A stretch of DNA of 64,000 nucleotides, taken from the NCBI GenBank assembly GCA_045545055.1, contig JAZQAB010000011.1:2594-66593 (forward strand), written 5' to 3'. The translations under genes were made by a program, and so were the position numbers. The stretch's first letter is position 1. Each line of letters begins with the position of its first letter. Under the pieces are notes generated by a model. The model saw only the letters and a list, made by a program, of their open reading frames with translations. It made no database searches and was not told the origin of the DNA. Shown here piece by piece: positions 58,756-64,000 of this stretch. The stretch comes from Clostridia bacterium. Lineage in GTDB: Bacteria > Bacillota > Clostridia > UMGS1883.

Positions 58756-58904
58756 TGTAAAGGGCATTGAACAGATGTGTTCTTTACCTAATACATTATA
58801 TATGGCTACGGCTCATTTGCGATAAATTGAAAAGTGGTTATATATAAACAAGGCGGTGATAACCCTAAACTTGAAACCATAACCACAAACCAATTTTATC
58901 ACGA

Positions 58905-59303
58905 ATGGAGGTCAAAAACAAGATGAAAGAGAAATTTGTTAAAAACGGCATTGAGTATCTAAGACAAGGAGACTACATACCAAACTTAACCGTACCCGAT
59001 GAAGCTACATACAATATCGGCAAGTACGGAAACCTACGCAAAAGGTTTTTGAAAGAGCATCATAAGTCATTATATACCATAATGTTTATGAATGGCTCAT
59101 TGTTAAAGCACCTTGCAGAGATAGATGAAACCTGTCATAGCACCCTAAAAGATATGATGTCAAAAATGGCAGAGCAAGAAGGTGTTACGGAACAGTTAAA
59201 GGCAACAGACCAAATGGCTTGGGTACAGAAAATGAACTCAATCAAGCACAGAGCGGAAGAATTTATACTCTCGGAATATGTATATGTAATGGAGGGTGCG
59301 TAA
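58905..59303 (+). CDS. tnpV: TnpV family transposon-encoded protein
   Basis: NGIEYLRQGDYIPNL..IGKYGNLRKRFLKEHHKSLY..HLAEIDETCH..ATDQMAWVQKMNSIKHRAEEFI matches the TnpV pattern of Tn4451-like Clostridial elements. Confidence 0.55.
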   Translation: MEVKNKMKEKFVKNGIEYLRQGDYIPNLTVPDEATYNIGKYGNLRKRFLKEHHKSLYTIMFMNGSLLKHLAEIDETCHSTLKDMMSKMAEQEGVTEQLKATDQMAWVQKMNSIKHRAEEFILSEYVYVMEGA

Positions 59304-59617
59304 TGAATTTTATAGAAGAATTGTATTATGGGAATATAAATCCCAATGAAAAACGCTATAAAAAAGCTACACCCTACGACAAGGCATTAATCACATTTAC
59401 CGCTAACGAGGACAAGCTGAAAGAAGCATTATCCGGCGAACACTTGAAACTATTTAATGAGCTTGTAAATGCAAGTGATGAAATAAGTGCTACAAGTGGA
59501 GTTGAAAACTTCAAAATTGGCTTTAGGCTCGGTGTTAAGATGATGTGCGATAGTTTATTGTTTGAGGAAAACAAAGTATTCAAAGATGTTATAAAAAATG
59601 GAGGTTTTGAGCAATGA
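59303..59617 (+). CDS. conserved mobile-element hypothetical protein
   Basis: The start overlaps the tnpV stop (TAATG). MNFIEELYYGNINPNEK is a motif recurrent next to TnpV in Firmicutes elements. Confidence 0.45.
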   Translation: MNFIEELYYGNINPNEKRYKKATPYDKALITFTANEDKLKEALSGEHLKLFNELVNASDEISATSGVENFKIGFRLGVKMMCDSLLFEENKVFKDVIKNGGFEQ

Positions 59618-60177
59618 AAAAATTATTAATGGTTTTAATCACTATATCTATAATAGCAAGTGCAGTTACAGTAAATGCTGCTCTCGTTCCGAGAGAATCA
59701 GCACCCTGTAATACAACGGAGCACCAAATCATAGTTGCAGAAAGTTTTATCAGCGGAATTTTGGACGAGGTTAAAAATGGTATGGGATATGCTGATGCAA
59801 GAGCTAAATCAAACCGCATATTTTTCAATGCTTGGCTTAACGGACAGACAAGCGGTTATAGCTACGGAGAAATGACCGCTATTGCAAATAACGCAATATT
59901 CCAATACAGAGATATGTATTTAAGACCTAATTTTTACATAGAGAATGAAGAAAAGGTCAGAACGATAATTGCAGATGTTATCACACAGTACGCAAACGGA
60001 GAGATTGACCATGCGAAAGCTGAATTTAACGCAAGAGTGAAAATCTATCAGTCTGTCAATCCTGCATTTAACCCCGATGAAGAATTTGCAAAAGACACTT
60101 GCTACCGTGATATACCGTCAGTTGATAATAGCTTATTTACCATAGCAAGAAAGCTGATTTTAGAAACTAAAAAGTAA
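59614..60177 (+). CDS. secreted hypothetical protein (element cargo)
   Basis: Signal peptide MKKLLMVLITISIIASAVTVNA. Translationally coupled to the upstream gene. Confidence 0.55.
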   Translation: MKKLLMVLITISIIASAVTVNAALVPRESAPCNTTEHQIIVAESFISGILDEVKNGMGYADARAKSNRIFFNAWLNGQTSGYSYGEMTAIANNAIFQYRDMYLRPNFYIENEEKVRTIIADVITQYANGEIDHAKAEFNARVKIYQSVNPAFNPDEEFAKDTCYRDIPSVDNSLFTIARKLILETKK

Positions 60178-60300
60178 GTCATATCTTATCCTATCATATC
60201 CAAAATGTGAAAACACCCCTTGCAGACTTCAAAATCTGCAAGGGGTATTTAGTATAATCAACAAATTTTTATGTATCAGCCGTAAATATTGGAAAACATC

Positions 60301-60329
60301 TTGAAAATTATCGAATTATGGTGTATAAT
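60301..60329 (+). promoter_or_regulatory. sigma-A-type promoter inside the element
   Basis: TTGAAA (60301-60306), 17-nt spacer, then TATAAT (60324-60329). Confidence 0.4.
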
Positions 60330-60676
60330 GTGTATTGTCGGAGAAATCCGATAAGGCAAGATTTTCTTAACGGTGTAATTCACCGGCGGTTGTGCCACCT
60401 TTACATACAGGTTTTTATACCGAGTTTATGAAAGGGGGTATGCTTATGAAAAGTAAGCATTTTGCTAATGGTAAAAAAATTGCTATTTGCGATTTTAGAG
60501 ATTATCATGCTTTTGATAATTTTCTCCATAAAAGCAGAGTAACCGCCTTCGCCAAAAGTTCGGTTACTCTGTAATCTGATCTGACGGCACAACCGTTTGA
60601 GGTCTTGCCTTTTTCTATAATTATTATATACTCTAATTCTTATTTTGTCAACAGAAATAGTGAAAGTTTTACGATT

Positions 60677-60718
60677 TGCACAAAACTATGGGATTTTCAA
60701 TAGTTTTGTGCATTTTTT
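60677..60718 (+). terminator. bidirectional intrinsic terminator
   Basis: tgcacaaaactat / atagttttgtgca is a perfect 13-bp stem followed by TTTTTT. Confidence 0.7.
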
Positions 60719-61619
60719 AATCCTTGTTTTTCTTCCTCGTCTTATACACATTATATCTGTTCTTACATTGGGTGCTGCAAAATACAGCATTAGGACGGCT
60801 TGCGATATATACCTCTTGACAATGCTTGCAAAGTCGAAGCGGATTTTTTTCATCGGTCAAAGATGTGCTGAACATAAGACGAATAACATTTGAAAGTGAG
60901 TAAAAATCCCATACAAGAACAGGCTTATCTTCTTTAAGTGCTATATGATATGTCGGTGCAATTCCGTCATATACCAAAATACTACGCTGATATAACTGCT
61001 TTTGTTCATCTGTAAGTGTTGCCTTATCATCATAAAATATTGTACTTGTTATAAATGTAAATGCCCAATCCTTAAACTGCATTTTTATCCAATCCAAAGG
61101 CTCGGCATATAGCTTTTGCAGACATAGTGCAAATGCCATTGGCTCATTACTTAATGTAAGGGCAAGTGCCATAGAACCTACATCACCGCCGACATCCCAT
61201 CTGCTCTCTTTGCCGTTTTTTGAAAGCTCCGGTTTTTCAAAGGGGAAGAAATATCCCAAATAGCTGAATGTGTTCATACTTTCATCTTCGATAAACGGAT
61301 TTTTTGTTAAATATACAGCATCATAATCCATAAAAGACGGTGTTGTGGGAATTGCAGTCATAATTCCAAGCAAACCGAAATCCTTAACGAATTTCATTAT
61401 AGCCTTATCTATCTTTTTTTCATCTTCTCTTGCAATAAGCATTTTTCCGATGTTTATAGCTCCTACTACAAGCTGTTCGGAAACATCAAAAGGTTTATAC
61501 ATTGTTGGTGTTGCGTTGCTTTTGGGTGTAATATAATCAACACCGTTGTCTGCTTTCTTTATTTCATAGTCAGAGTATTTAACCCAAATTGATTTAGTGT
61601 TTTCAAATATATTTTTCAT
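60717..61619 (-). CDS. hypothetical protein with C-terminal zinc-ribbon (CxxC...CxxC)
   Basis: The probable start is MKNIFENT, with RBS aggagg on the minus strand. The C-terminus is CKHCQEVYIASRPNAVFCSTQCKNRY. Confidence 0.5.
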   Translation of the reverse strand: MKNIFENTKSIWVKYSDYEIKKADNGVDYITPKSNATPTMYKPFDVSEQLVVGAINIGKMLIAREDEKKIDKAIMKFVKDFGLLGIMTAIPTTPSFMDYDAVYLTKNPFIEDESMNTFSYLGYFFPFEKPELSKNGKESRWDVGGDVGSMALALTLSNEPMAFALCLQKLYAEPLDWIKMQFKDWAFTFITSTIFYDDKATLTDEQKQLYQRSILVYDGIAPTYHIALKEDKPVLVWDFYSLSNVIRLMFSTSLTDEKNPLRLCKHCQEVYIASRPNAVFCSTQCKNRYNVYKTRKKNKD

Positions 61620-61833
61620 AATCAGCCTCCTGTATGTTTCGACTAAATATATAAACGGAATCGGTATTTGCCCCTGCTTTGAGGGCAAATACCATTTCTT
61701 TTTAAATTGCAGTAAAATGTACTATTCATAGCTTTTACCTCGTATTTGTATAATCTACATTTATTAGTTTTTATCGTAAATTGAGCACGCTTAATAGACT
61801 TGCTCATATAATTTTCTTTTTCATTTTTTGGCA

Positions 61834-62553
61834 TTATTTGCTTTCTTCATTTTCAATATTCAATTTTTCTCTCAGTTTTTCTTCGTATCGTTTCAAAAAT
61901 GCCCGTTCTGTAATCGTGAAATCGTGATGCTGCTTTGCTTCATCAGAGGAAAGATATTTATATATCTTATCCTGTATTATGCCAATCATCTTTGCCCATT
62001 TTTTGCGGATATTTTTATCGGTACAGCCTTCGAGCTTTGCATATTCCGAATTACTGTAGCCTTCTATTGCTCTGTAATACAGAAGCTCTTTGTATGATGG
62101 CTTTAAATCCCGTAATATCTCATACAGATATTTTTCAGTCATATGCTCTTGGATTTCATATGGGGAGTCATAAATTATCTCCAAGAAATTCCCCTTGAAC
62201 GCTTGCCGGAGCATATGTATGTTAGTAGCAAAGTTAGTGCCTATTGCTGCACCGAGTTCAAGAGGAAAATCCTCGTCATTGCGGTAAATCTCGTGATAGC
62301 GTTCCTTGCGTTCACGGTTACTGTCAAGTCTGTTCCATTGCTTTATAACTTCTTTAAAATCTTTTTCGGTTACAGCACTTTCTTCAAGTCTTTTGAGAGC
62401 TTCCGCTTCAATATCTCGTTTGAGCATTTTATGGTGTGGACTTACGATTGCAACATCGGTTTCAGATTGTGAAACAGCGGCATTTTCAAAATCAGCCTGT
62501 GTTTGTGGCTGCTTATGCATTTTGATATTCTTTTTGCTGTCCATAGAATACAC
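61834..62553 (-). CDS. sigma-70 region-4-like HTH protein (mobile-element regulator)
   Basis: YKELLYYRAIEGYSNSEYAKLEGCTDKNIRKKWAKM resembles the sigma r4 / ECF-type HTH. The rest of the protein is a charged coiled region. Confidence 0.45.
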   Translation of the reverse strand: MYSMDSKKNIKMHKQPQTQADFENAAVSQSETDVAIVSPHHKMLKRDIEAEALKRLEESAVTEKDFKEVIKQWNRLDSNRERKERYHEIYRNDEDFPLELGAAIGTNFATNIHMLRQAFKGNFLEIIYDSPYEIQEHMTEKYLYEILRDLKPSYKELLYYRAIEGYSNSEYAKLEGCTDKNIRKKWAKMIGIIQDKIYKYLSSDEAKQHHDFTITERAFLKRYEEKLREKLNIENEESK

Positions 62554-62739
62554 CGCTTAATCACCTACTGTCAGTTAAAATGTTAAATTTTCAAAGTACA
62601 ATTTAAAAAGGTTCCGTTTTACCCCTTGAATTTCTCCTATATACAGAGGGGTGTAATATGTTTAATTTCAAAACATATTATCATAAGTATTATATACTAT
62701 TCTCTCTGATTTGTCAATAGTATTGGAGGAATTGAAATT

Positions 62740-64000
<1,261 letters not shown>

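Larger units (their letters stand above)
57873..60615 (+). mobile_element. ~2.7 kb integrated element bounded by 29-bp direct repeats
   Basis: gcaTaaccgtttgaggtcttgcctttttc (57873-57901) and gcaCaaccgtttgaggtcttgcctttttc (60587-60615) flank a tyrosine recombinase, TnpV and three small genes. Confidence 0.6.

Overview
This 64 kb window looks like chromosome from a low-GC Gram-positive anaerobe, most likely a Ruminococcus- or Oscillospiraceae-like Clostridium. That placement is inferred from protein content only: BspA-type LRR and copper-amine-oxidase-N-domain surface proteins, HydE, a Na+-pump decarboxylase and a YtrA-type GntR/ABC operon. Gene content, left to right: a U32 peptidase (5' partial); an AraC-controlled glycan-processing locus (GH-like TIM barrel, AGE epimerase, MBL hydrolase, SGNH esterase); a 1,950-aa LRR/Big_2 surface protein with two lipoproteins; a GntR/ABC transporter operon; a GDPD; a secreted protein built from three tandem ~290-aa SGNH-like repeats; an M20 peptidase; a five-gene biotin-dependent decarboxylase/transcarboxylase cluster (12S CT, OadG, 1.3S BCCP, OadB, 5S CT); HydE; an Fe-ADH; DUF1273; DUF378; a QueG-like protein; a T-box leader in front of an unusual HTH-cupin::acyl-CoA-synthetase fusion; two AraC regulators; an FAD oxidoreductase; prmC with DUF1385; an AI-2E transporter; an FHA-RodA-PBP2 operon; nagB followed by a sugar-1-P nucleotidyltransferase and an anomeric amino-sugar kinase; an orphan 738-aa protein with a DUF4145/HEPN-like core; a DAG kinase; an SCP2 protein with a histone-H1-like tail; Dus; groESL; and an M23 peptidase. 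The 3' end is a mobile-DNA island. It holds a 2.7 kb element bounded by 29-bp direct repeats (tyrosine recombinase, TnpV) and, running off the window, a large serine recombinase with a sigma-r4-like/Zn-ribbon gene pair. The most striking non-coding signal is a family of five ~75-95 nt structured intergenic elements between 13.9 and 30.0 kb. They show base-pair covariation in two stems, end in a hairpin plus T-run, and usually have that hairpin abutting the stop codon of a convergent gene. Other non-coding signals are a 198-bp element with perfect 19-bp terminal inverted repeats, several RBS or leader hairpins, sigma-A-like promoters and many intrinsic terminators. No rRNA, tRNA or CRISPR was seen.
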